The translations under genes were made by a program, and so were the position numbers. The notes under the pieces are model-generated. The model saw only the letters and a list, made by a program, of their open reading frames with translations, searched no databases and was not told where the DNA came from. A stretch of DNA of 64,000 nt from Candidatus Levybacteria bacterium RIFCSPHIGHO2_01_FULL_41_15 (GTDB taxonomy: Bacteria; Patescibacteriota; Microgenomatia; Levybacterales; UBA12049). Location of the stretch: the NCBI GenBank assembly GCA_001782165.1, contig MFNV01000006.1, positions 444 to 64,443 of the forward strand. The letters are read 5' to 3'. Below, one piece after another: positions 1 to 14,904 of this stretch (positions are counted from its first letter, which is position 1; the number at the start of each line of letters is the position of its first letter).

Positions 1-1850
1 CTGTCTCCAGAAGTTTCCAACAGATACACCCATATCACTCCAGGAAAGAGTGCCTGAACCATTTGTTGTTAGAGCATAGTTTGCAGTCTCAGTTCCCGGC
101 CATGTATAGGTAAGATTCCCAAACCTTGTGGTTCCGTCTACCTCAAGCTCATCCTGGATATATAGGTCAGCTACTCCATCTGGGGTTGATGCTCCTGAGG
201 TATCAGAGGCAAAGAAGTTGTAGGCGTTGGCAGTTCCACCTCCAATATTTAGAGCATCAGAGGATAGAATATTTCCACCAGCTGCATCAATTACAAGATC
301 GCCATCTGTGTCTTTAGTAAATGTTGCAAAGGTAACTCCTGCATCCTTAAAGATAACATCTGCACCGTCTGCATCAAGGATAATATCTGTTGAGGAGTCT
401 AAGGTCATATCTCCTGTTGAATTTAAGTTTAAGGTTCCTGCAGGAGTAATGGTAAGGTTTGATCCGTCTGTGGTTGAGAGAGTTAAGTTTGTTGCATCGG
501 ATTGGAACTTGAAGTAGTCTCCCGTATCACTGTTTGGCTGGATGAGAACGTCTCCTGTTGTTGCACTACCTAGAGTCAAGGTTTGTTGAGCAGTAGTTGA
601 GAGTGTTCCTGAAGATAAAAGATATGCTCCTCCTGCTGTCCCTGCAGATAAGGAGGCTGTAGGAGTACCCGATGAGATGTTTAAGACTGCAAACTTAGCA
701 GAAGTAGATGCCTGTCCGCCGATAGCAAAGTCGACAGTCGAATTATTAGCAAACAAGAGCCCCGAACTCTGGCTCCAGAAGGTATCTCCCGTCTCCCCTG
801 TTCCGCAAGAGCCAAATGATGGCGCTGTTCCTCCCAGAAGACATTGAGAAGTTGTTCCTGCTGTTGTCTGGGCCAGGACTCCTGATCCATTGGTATATAG
901 AGGGCCACCGTTTGATGTAAAAGATGAAAGAGTGAGAGAAGAAAAAGTTGGTGATGCGCCTGTATGAATATTTTGGGGTAAAGAAAGTGTAATCGAGCCG
1001 GTTGATCCGGAAACAATAACCTGATTGCTGGTGCCGGTAAGCGATGTTACCCCCGCATTTGTAATCTTAAGGCCTGAAACAGATATTCCACCTCCTGCTT
1101 CAAGGGTAAGGCTACCGGACTTACCTCCGATAGAAAGAACCCCCGTATTTGTAATAGTCGGGGTTTGACCTGTTCCGACCGATATACCATCCCCTGCAAC
1201 CACTCCGTAGAGAACATTTGATGCTGTTAATCTTCCTGCTCCAGCATCGATATCCTGATCCTCGGTTATTATACCTCCTGAAAGAGTTGCTACTCCGACT
1301 GCCTTAATGGTATTTAGAAATTCTACATTTTGGGCAAACTCGCTTGGAACAGTTACTCCAAAAGTCAGACTGTCCGCCAGGTTTGCAGCCCCCAAAACTG
1401 CTTTCCCTGTCAACCTTGAAACTTCAGAATAGATAGGCTTTTCTTGGGTTTTCAAAATGCCTGCGAATGAAAGAATTTTGGAAAGATCAGGTTTTTTAAG
1501 AAGATTATTTGACTTAAGAGTTGCAAATCCAATACCAATTAGAACAATAAAGAACATTACAAAAACGGCTCCAAGCATCATCTTTTTGAAAACAATTATC
1601 GTCTTTACAAGCTCCTCAAGATAGTTTTGGGAGTGCGAAATAGAAACTTTTTCTGAAGCGGGTTGCAAGGTCTCCAATACTTCGCCTGCCTGCTGTCTTT
1701 TAAAGTTATCTATTTGCTCTGGGGCGTATCTTCTTTGATTGCCCGGAGTTCTATGAGGAATAAGAATGCCTTTTTCTTCCCATCTTCGAAGAGTTTTTGT
1801 TGAAACGCCCAAGATACTCGCTGCTTTTTGGATACTAAAAAGTTTCATAG
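1..1850 (-). CDS. Membrane-anchored transcription-factor-like protein, 3' end truncated by the window edge: N-terminal MerR/excisionase-type HTH, one TM helix, very large extracellular Gly/Thr/Ser-rich repeat (fibre/beta-helix-like) domain
   Basis: Start codon 1850..1848 on the minus strand (cat on the given strand = ATG) gives MKLFSIQKAASILGVSTKTLRRWEEKGILIPHRTPGNQRRY (HTH_17-like), then hydrophobic MMLGAVFVMFFIVLIGIGF, then an uninterrupted G/T/S-rich reading frame to position 1. Absent from the ORF track because no stop lies inside the window. Confidence 0.7.
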
Positions 1851-1920
1851 GGCAGGTCCCGCCAATGGCGGGGCGGATTAAAATTTCCGCCTAGATCTTT
1901 TTCAAAATTTCGAAAAAGGA

Positions 1921-1998
1921 TGTCCAAGTTTGTCAACATTCTAAAGTAAGTCTGTCTAAGTGTGTCTAGGTTTTTGTCCATGTTTGTCCAAGTTTTCC
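1921..1998. promoter_or_regulatory. Array of six direct TGTCYARGTT repeats (tgtccaagtt, tgtcaacatt, tgtctaagtg, tgtctaggtt, tgtccatgtt, tgtccaagtt) in the divergent region between the HTH-fibre gene and the Fic gene; candidate operator
   Basis: Read directly from the sequence; lies 70-150 bp upstream of the minus-strand HTH gene start. Confidence 0.4.
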
Positions 1999-2040
1999 AA
2001 TAATATATATATTACTACATATATGTGAAAAAATGTCAAG

Positions 2041-2049
2041 TGGTATAAT
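2041..2049 (+). promoter_or_regulatory. Extended -10 element TGGTATAAT, candidate promoter for the Fic gene
   Basis: TGnTATAAT match, followed by direct repeat atcttatcagaatcttatcaag. Confidence 0.3.
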
Positions 2050-2168
2050 AATCTTATCAGAATCTTATCAAGTTACTGTCAGCGAAAATGAAAGATCAAA
2101 TTTTTGAAGCTAAATTTTTCACAATTTTCCCTATTGCCAAAATGATGAGATTATGATAAATTTTAATT

Positions 2169-3898
<1,730 letters not shown>

Positions 3899-3946
3899 CC
3901 AAGTCTGACTTGGTAACAATTCTGACTTGTTGTAGAATAATTTTAT

Positions 3947-4070
3947 GACCCGTTCGAGGCATTCGACTGAGCTCAGCCGAAGTCCAAGTTCAGGCCATCG
4001 GCTCTGAGGACTTCGACGGTGAGCTCAGTCGAACCGCTCAGGCTTGAAGAGGTCATAGTGAGGTATTCGA
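3947..4070. repeat. GC-richer structured intergenic element E1: long imperfect inverted repeat (ttcgactgagctcagccgaagtc / gacttcgacggtgagctcagtcgaa); related to the element at 44806..44910
   Basis: Arms at 3962..3984 and 4009..4033; shares cattcgact, ctcagg and cttgaagagg motifs with 44806..44910. Confidence 0.4.
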
Positions 4071-4073
4071 ACT

Positions 4074-4778
4074 ATGAACATTAATCAAATAGTAATCCTA
4101 GATATAGCATTTGCTCTTTTGGTGGTCTCTGTAGCTCTCTGGGTAATGGTAATCTCTTATTCTCAACTTCTTAAAAAAATGAACTCGTATCAGAGGCAGG
4201 CAGATGATCTTAAAAAGCAAATTAACTATAAGGAATCTCGGATCATTGATGAGGCAAGGGAAAAAGCAAGGGAAATTATTGATGAAGCTTTGGAAAAAGC
4301 GCAAAGAGTGATAAGCGAAAGCCAGTCGACTAATTCTCAGGCAAAGAAAATGCTTGATGATGCTCTTGAAGCCTTAATAAAACATCAGATTTCCTATTTT
4401 GAGAAAGCATCTCAGGATTTCCTGAATGAATACAGGAGGGAGCTTGGAGCCCTGAAGCAAAGAAGTGTACAAATAGCTCGAAATGTATCAGAAGATATAG
4501 GAAAGCATACTCTTGAAGAGGTGCAGGATTTTGACAGTATTCTTCAAAAAGAAACTATTGCCGCCCAAAAAATCGTAGAAGACAAGATCGAGGACCAATA
4601 TTCCGGGGCCCAAAAAGAAGTCGAAGAGTACAAGAATGAAATGATGAAAAAGGCTGAGGAAGAAATCTACAAAATTCTTGAAAATGTTTCAAAAATTGCT
4701 CTTGGAAAAGGACTATCACTTCAAGAACACGAACAACTTATAATCGATGCTTTGGAAAAAGCTAAAAAAGCCGGGTAA
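4074..4778 (+). CDS. atpF: F-type ATP synthase subunit b
   Basis: N-terminal TM helix then long charged coiled coil; position in the atp operon. Confidence 0.7.
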   Translation: MNINQIVILDIAFALLVVSVALWVMVISYSQLLKKMNSYQRQADDLKKQINYKESRIIDEAREKAREIIDEALEKAQRVISESQSTNSQAKKMLDDALEALIKHQISYFEKASQDFLNEYRRELGALKQRSVQIARNVSEDIGKHTLEEVQDFDSILQKETIAAQKIVEDKIEDQYSGAQKEVEEYKNEMMKKAEEEIYKILENVSKIALGKGLSLQEHEQLIIDALEKAKKAG

Positions 4779-4790
4779 AAATAGCTTCTT

Positions 4791-5294
4791 ATGCAAAATA
4801 ATCTGCCCAGTTCTGATATTTTCAAAAACTTGAGGACCCTCAAGGAGACAGAAGAATTCTTGTCCCAAATCAATAATACCCTTGAGAGCCTTTTCAAAAT
4901 TAAAAGGGGGAGCTTTTCACAGGTTCTTGATAAAAATATGGGGGCGGAGAATGCCCAGATTCTAAAAAAAATCGCAGAGGAAAAGAAGATAGATCTTTCG
5001 AATCATTCTTCACTTGAAAAGCTTCTTTTTGAAATTAAACAGGAAATTTCAAAAGTCAAGGTTCTTAAGCTTTATCTTGCGATTGATCCCACTCCTCAGA
5101 TCATTGAAAATACTTCTTCATGGGTCAAGGAAAATTTAGGAGAAGACGTGGTCCTGGATATAGAAAGGGATGAAACAATCCTAGGTGGGGCTATAATTTC
5201 CTTTGATGGTCAATACAAGGATTTTTCTCTTAGGAAAACACTTGATGAGATCTTCAAAAGTAAAAGAAATGAAGTTTTTGCCCTTATCAAATGA
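4791..5294 (+). CDS. atpH: F-type ATP synthase subunit delta (OSCP)
   Basis: About 167 aa, sits between b and alpha; the C-terminal region reads as OSCP-like, though this is a weak impression. Confidence 0.6.
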   Translation: MQNNLPSSDIFKNLRTLKETEEFLSQINNTLESLFKIKRGSFSQVLDKNMGAENAQILKKIAEEKKIDLSNHSSLEKLLFEIKQEISKVKVLKLYLAIDPTPQIIENTSSWVKENLGEDVVLDIERDETILGGAIISFDGQYKDFSLRKTLDEIFKSKRNEVFALIK

Positions 5295-6752
5295 AAGATT
5301 TTACTGCCTATCTAAATGAGACTGAAGAAATTGGATATGTTGAGCAGGTTGCTGATGCAATAATTTATGTATCAGGCCTTCCTAAGGTTAAGGTTGATGA
5401 AATTGTGGTCTTTGAAACAGGAGAGTTCGGCCATGTTTTCTCGATAAATCCAGATTTTGTGGAAGTTCTAATATTTTCCAAACAGCATATTCAGCCCGGG
5501 ACACGAGTGGCAAGAACCAATGAAGTTCTTCGGATTCCGGTAGGATCCGGGCTTCTGGGAAGAGTAATAAATCCTTTATGCCAGGCGATAGATGATGGAA
5601 AACCAATACAAGGCTTATCTGAAAGAAGACCCATCCACCCCCCTGCACCTGGGATAATAGAGAGAAAATCAATCACCAAACAGTTTGAAACAGGGGTTCT
5701 TTTGGTTGATCTTGCAATTCCCTTAGGACACGGGCAAAGAGAGTTAATTTTAGGTGAGAGAAAAACCGGAAAAACAAACTTTCTGACCAGAACAATTTTG
5801 ACCCAAACAAAAAAAGGGAACATATGCGTTTATGCAGGCATAGGAAAGAAAAAAATGGATATTAAGAAAGTTGCGGAATTTTTCAAAAAGGAAGGTGTTT
5901 TAGATAAAATGGTTATTGCTGCAACAGGGTCTAGTGATTCAACAGGACTTATTTATCTTACACCATATATGGCTATGACAATTGCCGAATACTTCCGGGA
6001 CCAGGGGAAAGATGTTCTTCTTGTTCTTGACGACATGACTTCGCATGCTAAGTTCTACAGGGAAATTGCGCTTCTCGGACGAAGATTTCCCGGCAGAAAT
6101 TCATATCCAAGCGATATTTTTTATGCCCATGCAAAACTTATGGAAAGAGGAGGAAATTTTAAGACAGACAAAGGAGAGGCTTCCATTACATGCCTTCCTG
6201 TTGCCGAAACCTCTCAGGGTGATTTATCAGGATATATAGAAACTAATCTGATGTCTATGACAGACGGGCATTTATACTTTGACAGAGATCTTTTTTATTT
6301 GGGTCGAAGACCTGCAATACATCCATTCTTATCCGTCACTCGTGTAGGAAGACAAACCCAGGATGTCTTAAGAAGAGAACTCTCAAGGGAAATAATGAGT
6401 TTTTTAAATCTTTATGAAAAGATGCAGAGTTTTGTTCACTTCGGCGCAGAAATAAATGAAAATATAAAAGCTACCCTCTCAATGGGAGACAAAATTATAG
6501 CTTTTTTCACTCAAATCACACCCCATGTGATGCCCTTAAAGCTTGAAATGGCACTCTTTGCGATGTTCTGGGCAAATCTTTGGGACGGAAAAGACGCAAA
6601 TTCTATAAAAGATGAGATGTATAAGACAGCAGAAGCCTATAATTCAGATGAAAAAATAAAAAAAAAGATTGACAGTCTTTCGGAAACAGATTCCTTCAAC
6701 AAAATGCTTGGAATTATAAAACAAGAGGGGCCGGGATTATTAAAGGAGGTGC

Positions 6753-6772
<20 letters not shown>
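5291..6772 (+). CDS. atpA: F-type ATP synthase subunit alpha
   Basis: Walker A GERKTGKT (cf. GDRQTGKT), IPVGSGLLGRVINPL, 493 aa. Confidence 0.9.
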
Positions 6773-9376
<2,604 letters not shown>

Positions 9377-9380
<4 letters not shown>

Positions 9381-10261
9381 ACAGCTTTTCTATAAGCTGC
9401 TCTATGTTTTGTTTTAATTTTTTCAACATTTGGCGTCTCAAAGTGTTCTATCAGAAATTCCATTGTCTCTTTTGGATCCTGAGTATTTACAAAGATTCCG
9501 GTTCCTATCTCAAATCCTCCCAGAATTTTTGCCCTTGGCATAATTCTTAAATACCAGTTATTTCCAGGATAAATATAAAAATTAAATGGAAATTCATGGC
9601 CATGCCTTAAATCAAGTATTTGAATAATCCGTTGTATTATAAAAGATAAATCCTGAATTTCCGAATCCGAAGCGTCACCGAAGACTTGAGACTTCTTGGA
9701 AGATATCCATATCTCGTCAGGCCATTGACTTGACAATGGACAATAAATTAGAAAATATTCTGTTTCTATCCTGTCTGATACTGTCGGGTCTTCGTCTTTA
9801 GAATTGCGGGCAGGAATATCAAGTTCTACATCATTTGGAATGACAGTTAATTGAGTATGGGGGTGGGGCAAGCTCTCTCCTCCCCTCTCTCCTCTGTTGT
9901 GAAATATGTAAACCCGCCCTTCGTTTCTATAAGTGTTATATCTTTGCCGGTAAGTATCAAAAATCAAAACGACCTGATCAAGCGGAAGCTCTTCGAAATT
10001 TTTATGGTGGTCGGGCGAGTGAATTATAATCTCATGAAACGGGGCAAATGGAAACTTATTTAAAATCACTCTTATCTGCCAGTTATCCTCCGGATCCTTT
10101 CCTCCGACTCGGAAGGCCGAAGGCTCTTCTTTCTCTCTTCCGATACAAAAGGGGCAAAGAGGAGAAACTGTCTTTGCGGCATCGGGCCTTTCTGCTCTCT
10201 TTGGAGCAAAAATTGTCCACTTGCCGGATATCGGATTCTTAATAAATTTAAAATCACCCAC
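9377..10261 (-). CDS. HIT-family nucleotidyltransferase, galactose-1-phosphate uridylyltransferase-like
   Basis: Zinc-site CPFC and catalytic HPHTQ (HxHxQ) motifs. Confidence 0.6.
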
Positions 10262-10348
10262 TGTTAATAGTATTAAATATTATGTACTAAGTATCAAGTA
10301 TATATTTGGTCAGCTGTTCAATGGTAAATCTGTCAATTTGTTAATTTG

Positions 10349-11500
10349 TTATTTGTTGATTAGTTGACTATAAACCCTTTCGTATCCGTCCACCATTTTT
10401 TCAACAGTAAAATTCTCCTCAACATGTTTTCGACAAGCACTTCTGTCTATTTTGTCTATATTTTTTACAGCTTCAACCAAGCCCTCTATTCCGGTTTTTT
10501 TAATAATAAAGCTTCCTTTACCTTTATGATTGTTCCCCTCATCAGGATCAACTATAAAACCCGTAATTCCATCTTTTATTATCTCGGATACAGATCCATG
10601 GTTATAAGCAACAACAGGTGTACCGCAGGCCATCGACTCAATCATTACCATACCAAACGGTTCTTCCCAAAGAATTGGGAATAGAAGTGCCTTGGCATTC
10701 CTCAAGAAACTACCCCGATCTGCTTCGCCAAGAAACGTTTCATCCTCAATAACACCCTTATTAAGATGGGGTTTTATTTTTGTTTGATAGAAGGCAAGCT
10801 TTCTGTATGCATCATCTCCAACCATTCGGAGCGTAACTCCTGCTTCCTTGGAAGCAGTAATTGCTTCAACAACTCCTTTTTCTTTAATATACCGACCGAT
10901 GAAAGCAATGTATCCTTGATTCCCATCTCCAAAGGAGAATTTCTTTGTATTCACGCCATGGTAAATAACGCCTACAGATTTTACTAATCCACTAAAATTC
11001 TTTAATTGGGACTCACTAATAAAAATATAGTTGTCATTTCTAAAGTGTTTAAACCGCCAGTACTCCAGATGTTCTCTTCGAGGAAGTGGATCGTGAATCG
11101 TATACACAGTTGGTAAATCTGCAAGTCTGTTTATATAATGAGCCATGAAGTCATGGTAGGAATGCATGATATCAAGCTTTTTCTCTTTCCCATGAATATA
11201 TGCTTTCATGCTTAGGTCAATTTCGTACTCTGTTTTTGTAGCAATGTGAGCGTTCTTTAGTTTTGTAAGCCGGTCCAATCCACGGAATTTGGGGCTTATA
11301 AAGTCTTGCTCGATGAACTCACGATGTCCCTCGACAAGATATGCTTTTGTGTTTGTTCCTGGAGCAGCATATACATACACTGTATGTCCCCTTCCAACCA
11401 ACCCATCTACAAGACTTAAGAATAATTGCTTAGGAGCAAAGATTTTATTTTTATATTTACTCCCCATATAGACAGATGGAAGAAGCATCCCAATTTTCAT
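10349..11500 (-). CDS. GT4-family (GT-B) glycosyltransferase
   Basis: EEPFGMVMIESMACGTPVVAYNHGSVSEIIKDGITGF (EX7E region). Confidence 0.75.
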   Translation of the reverse strand: MKIGMLLPSVYMGSKYKNKIFAPKQLFLSLVDGLVGRGHTVYVYAAPGTNTKAYLVEGHREFIEQDFISPKFRGLDRLTKLKNAHIATKTEYEIDLSMKAYIHGKEKKLDIMHSYHDFMAHYINRLADLPTVYTIHDPLPRREHLEYWRFKHFRNDNYIFISESQLKNFSGLVKSVGVIYHGVNTKKFSFGDGNQGYIAFIGRYIKEKGVVEAITASKEAGVTLRMVGDDAYRKLAFYQTKIKPHLNKGVIEDETFLGEADRGSFLRNAKALLFPILWEEPFGMVMIESMACGTPVVAYNHGSVSEIIKDGITGFIVDPDEGNNHKGKGSFIIKKTGIEGLVEAVKNIDKIDRSACRKHVEENFTVEKMVDGYERVYSQLINK

Positions 11501-11505
11501 ATTCT

Positions 11506-12630
11506 TTACCGTTCTCCTATAAGTTTCCTATAAAGCTTTTCATAGTTTTCAACCATTTTCTCAGCACTAAACTCTTCCTCAATTCGCATTCTACAATTGT
11601 CTGAGATTTTTTGATACTCATTTGTGGAAAGACTGTTGATTTTTTTCATAGCCTCAGTAAGTCCATCAACTCCACCTATAGGATCTATAGTGTAACCTGT
11701 CAAACTATCTACTACTATTTCAGGGACACTTCCTCTTTTATAAGCAAGCACCGGCGTTCCACATGCCATAGATTCTGTCATTACTAATCCAAACGGTTCT
11801 TCCCAGTGAATGGGAAACAGAAGTGCTTTGGCATTTTGGTAGAGATTCGCTATCTCTTCTCTTTTTAATTTTTGTTCCGAAGATGGCTCACCCACAAACT
11901 TAATCTTTAAAGATAAATGTGGGGCAATAATTGTATCGTAAAATGCTCTGTCCTCAACATTCCCAACGATTCGTAATTCTTCCCCTAACCGTTCTGCGGC
12001 CATGATAGCATCTCGTACTCCTTTGGGATCCAAAAATTTCCCGCTTTTATCTTTTACCTTGCTCATACGCCCAACAAATAGAAAGTAGGATCTTTTTATA
12101 CTCGTTGCCTTGCTAAATAATGTTATATCAATGCCATTATAAATGACAACTGATGGAAGATTAAGTCGTTTTTGAGCACTTTTAGATATGCAAACAAGAT
12201 GAGTTTTTTTATAGGTATCCGAGAGCGCCATCACAAGTTCTTGCGTTACCTGAGCATGAATTGTAGTAACAACGGGTATTGTATAAGAGTGTGCTGCAAG
12301 GAGTGGTAAAAACTCGGGATACATATGATTGTGAATAATATCGAACTGATCTTGATGGATTACGGCTTCCATAATTTCGTGGGAAATGTACGCAGTCTCT
12401 GTATAAAACGGATTTTCGGAAGGGGGAAGAAAATTTAATCCTTTTTTAGAAATCCCAACTATTTCAATGCCTGGAATGTACGAGTCTGAGCTTGCAAACA
12501 CAGTCACCTTGTGCCCTTTTTTAAATAATCCAGTTGCCAAATCAACAATAATACGATTTCTGCTGACGGTAGTTGTGGGATTAAGAGAACGTCTTAACGG
12601 CGCCAACATTCCTATCCTGAGCTTAGTCAT
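11506..12630 (-). CDS. GT4-family glycosyltransferase
   Basis: WEEPFGLVMTESMACGTPVLAYKRGSVPEIV. Confidence 0.75.
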   Translation of the reverse strand: MTKLRIGMLAPLRRSLNPTTTVSRNRIIVDLATGLFKKGHKVTVFASSDSYIPGIEIVGISKKGLNFLPPSENPFYTETAYISHEIMEAVIHQDQFDIIHNHMYPEFLPLLAAHSYTIPVVTTIHAQVTQELVMALSDTYKKTHLVCISKSAQKRLNLPSVVIYNGIDITLFSKATSIKRSYFLFVGRMSKVKDKSGKFLDPKGVRDAIMAAERLGEELRIVGNVEDRAFYDTIIAPHLSLKIKFVGEPSSEQKLKREEIANLYQNAKALLFPIHWEEPFGLVMTESMACGTPVLAYKRGSVPEIVVDSLTGYTIDPIGGVDGLTEAMKKINSLSTNEYQKISDNCRMRIEEEFSAEKMVENYEKLYRKLIGER

Positions 12631-12633
12631 AGA

Positions 12634-13899
12634 TTAAGATCCATTTCTTGCAAAAAATTGATTTATTGATCCAATAATACCAGAAAGCTGAGGGCTGGTT
12701 CCTTTTACACGGGCTATATATTCTGAAGTAGAATAGCGGAATTGTTTATAAATTGCTTCAAACTGATCTGCAATCTTATCCCAAGTAAAACGTTCCCTTA
12801 CTGTATTGTAGGCTTCGTCTGCTATTTTTTTGCGGAGCGCATCATTTTCAAGAAGCATATTTATCGTTTCTGCAATCTGTTTGCTGTTTCTCGGCCGTAT
12901 AAAAAAACCATTCACACCGTTTTTAATAAGAGAAACGACTCCTCCCTTTCTGGTAGCTACAACGGGCGCATGAGCGGCCATAGCTTCAAGAATTGTCAAT
13001 CCGAGTGGCTCTTCCCATACACTTGAGGATATATACACATCTGCCCTCTCATAGAAAGCATGAAAGAATCGAAGGTTTGTTGGATTTATGTAACCCGCAA
13101 GCACAACATTTCTCAGCCGTCGTTTTTTGATTTCGTGTTCTAGATGTTTCCTTTCCGAACCATCTCCAACGATTAATACCGTTCCATTAATTGAGGCAGC
13201 TGCGCGGACAAGATAGATTACTCCTTTATTCTCTGTCAATCTCCCGGTAAAAAGAACCACTTTTTTATTAAAAAGATTGTATTTTTTATTTATGAAAGTT
13301 ATCTCTCCGGGATCTCTTTTGTAATTTGATAGATTTACACCCCCCATAATTACACTACTTTTCCGCCTCAAATCATCACCAAACATATCAAGGTACCAAC
13401 GTTTTGTAAAATCACTATTCGCAGTGATAAATCGTGCTACCCGATTCGCATCATTAATAAGTCCGATGAACCGATTATCTGAAGAGAGATAATTTAGATC
13501 GCTTCCATGAGTCGTAATAATAAATTTAATACCAAAAAGGATTTTGATAAGCCTTGCAATACCTGGTAAAAATGCCGTATGGAATACATGGATTATTTCC
13601 GGATCAAACTCAGAAACAGCATCGATTGTGGCCTTAAGATAGCTGGCGTAGATGTAACCAAGCTCTTTCCCATTCATATCTTCAAACCTCTTTGCACGTG
13701 GTAATTCTGGATGCCCAACGAATACGCCCATTTGCGGGGGTTCAACCACGTAGTGTTTTATGCCAGGAAGTTTTCTCTTGTCAGGAGCAATAATCGCCAC
13801 GGTGTGTCCCCTCTTTACAATTTCCCCAGTCAGTTCTCTTAAAAAAGCAGCGCTCCCATTACCCCACAATGGAAACATATATAAATAAAGTATTTTCAT
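12634..13899 (-). CDS. GT4-family glycosyltransferase
   Basis: WEEPLGLTILEAMAAHAPVVATRKGGVVSLIKNGVNGF. Confidence 0.75.
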   Translation of the reverse strand: MKILYLYMFPLWGNGSAAFLRELTGEIVKRGHTVAIIAPDKRKLPGIKHYVVEPPQMGVFVGHPELPRAKRFEDMNGKELGYIYASYLKATIDAVSEFDPEIIHVFHTAFLPGIARLIKILFGIKFIITTHGSDLNYLSSDNRFIGLINDANRVARFITANSDFTKRWYLDMFGDDLRRKSSVIMGGVNLSNYKRDPGEITFINKKYNLFNKKVVLFTGRLTENKGVIYLVRAAASINGTVLIVGDGSERKHLEHEIKKRRLRNVVLAGYINPTNLRFFHAFYERADVYISSSVWEEPLGLTILEAMAAHAPVVATRKGGVVSLIKNGVNGFFIRPRNSKQIAETINMLLENDALRKKIADEAYNTVRERFTWDKIADQFEAIYKQFRYSTSEYIARVKGTSPQLSGIIGSINQFFARNGS

Positions 13900-13913
13900 T
13901 TTGGTTAATTATA

Positions 13914-14651
13914 TCATTTACGAGGCTTTATGGATTTTGTAAAGAATCTTTCTTTAAATACCAATAAAATAAACGTTACAAGAGAGATTTGTCTTTTGAT
14001 TCTCCAAGGTTGAATAATCAATCTAAAAAGCCATTCAAAACCTAAGCTTCGAACCCATAAAGGCGCCCTTTTTACCTTCCCTGAAATAAAATCAAAAGCT
14101 CCCCCTACCCCTATTACTACCTTTACCGAGAGTCTGTTAAGATTTTCGTAAATCCAAATTTCTTGTTTAGGCGACCCAAATGCGACAAAGAGAATGTCAG
14201 TAGCTGGTATCTTAGTTATGGATTCATGGTTATGAAACTCTGAACTAGCGAAAGTTACTTTCAAGCCCGGATATTTTCCCTTTAAGCACTCGGCGGTTGT
14301 TTCTGCTATTTTAGGTCCTCCTCCCAAAAATCCCACAGTTATAGGCTTTTCTGCAACCCCTTCACAAAGCTTTTCCAATAAGTCTACACCGGTAATTCTA
14401 TGCTTGAGAGGTTTTCCCAGAAATTTACTTGCCCATACAACACCCGCTCCGTCAGCCAAGGCTATTTTTGCCGAATTTAAGACTTTTGTATAAAATTCAT
14501 CATTACTTGCGATAACCAAAATTTCGGGGTTTGGGGTAACCACATAATATTTTTTTGATGATTTTTTAAGACTTTTGACTATATACTCTAGGACTTCTTC
14601 AGGAGTTACATTAGAAAACCCAATTTCTAATAAATTTATTTTCTCAAGCAT
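13914..14651 (-). CDS. WecB/TagA/CpsF (GT26) family glycosyltransferase
   Basis: VVTPNPEILVIASNDEFYTKVLNSAKIALADGAGVVWASKFLGK pattern. Confidence 0.65.
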   Translation of the reverse strand: MLEKINLLEIGFSNVTPEEVLEYIVKSLKKSSKKYYVVTPNPEILVIASNDEFYTKVLNSAKIALADGAGVVWASKFLGKPLKHRITGVDLLEKLCEGVAEKPITVGFLGGGPKIAETTAECLKGKYPGLKVTFASSEFHNHESITKIPATDILFVAFGSPKQEIWIYENLNRLSVKVVIGVGGAFDFISGKVKRAPLWVRSLGFEWLFRLIIQPWRIKRQISLVTFILLVFKERFFTKSIKPRK

Positions 14652-14904
14652 AGTTAATTTACTATAAGCCTTTAGTAAAATTTCGCTAAATGTTGATTTT
14701 TAGCATATTTGGGTACTTTATATACCCAAACTTACCCATAAAATCTACACTCATAGACTCGGAAAAACAATAAATTTTATTTGTCTTTTCAAGATAAATA
14801 CTATAAACCATAAGTACTGTGAAAAATTCTATTTTTTTATAAAACTTTTTATCTTTTGCAAAGCAGACGGGAAAATTATAGGATAAAAAAAGAAGATTTT
14901 CAAT

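Noticed and set aside
126-1016. Small ORFs 126..317(+), 227..517(+), 681..1016(-)
   Set aside because: They lie inside, or antisense to, the long uninterrupted minus-strand HTH-fibre gene.
5388-5823. Minus-strand ORFs antisense to atpA
   Set aside because: They overlap a highly conserved coding sequence on the opposite strand.
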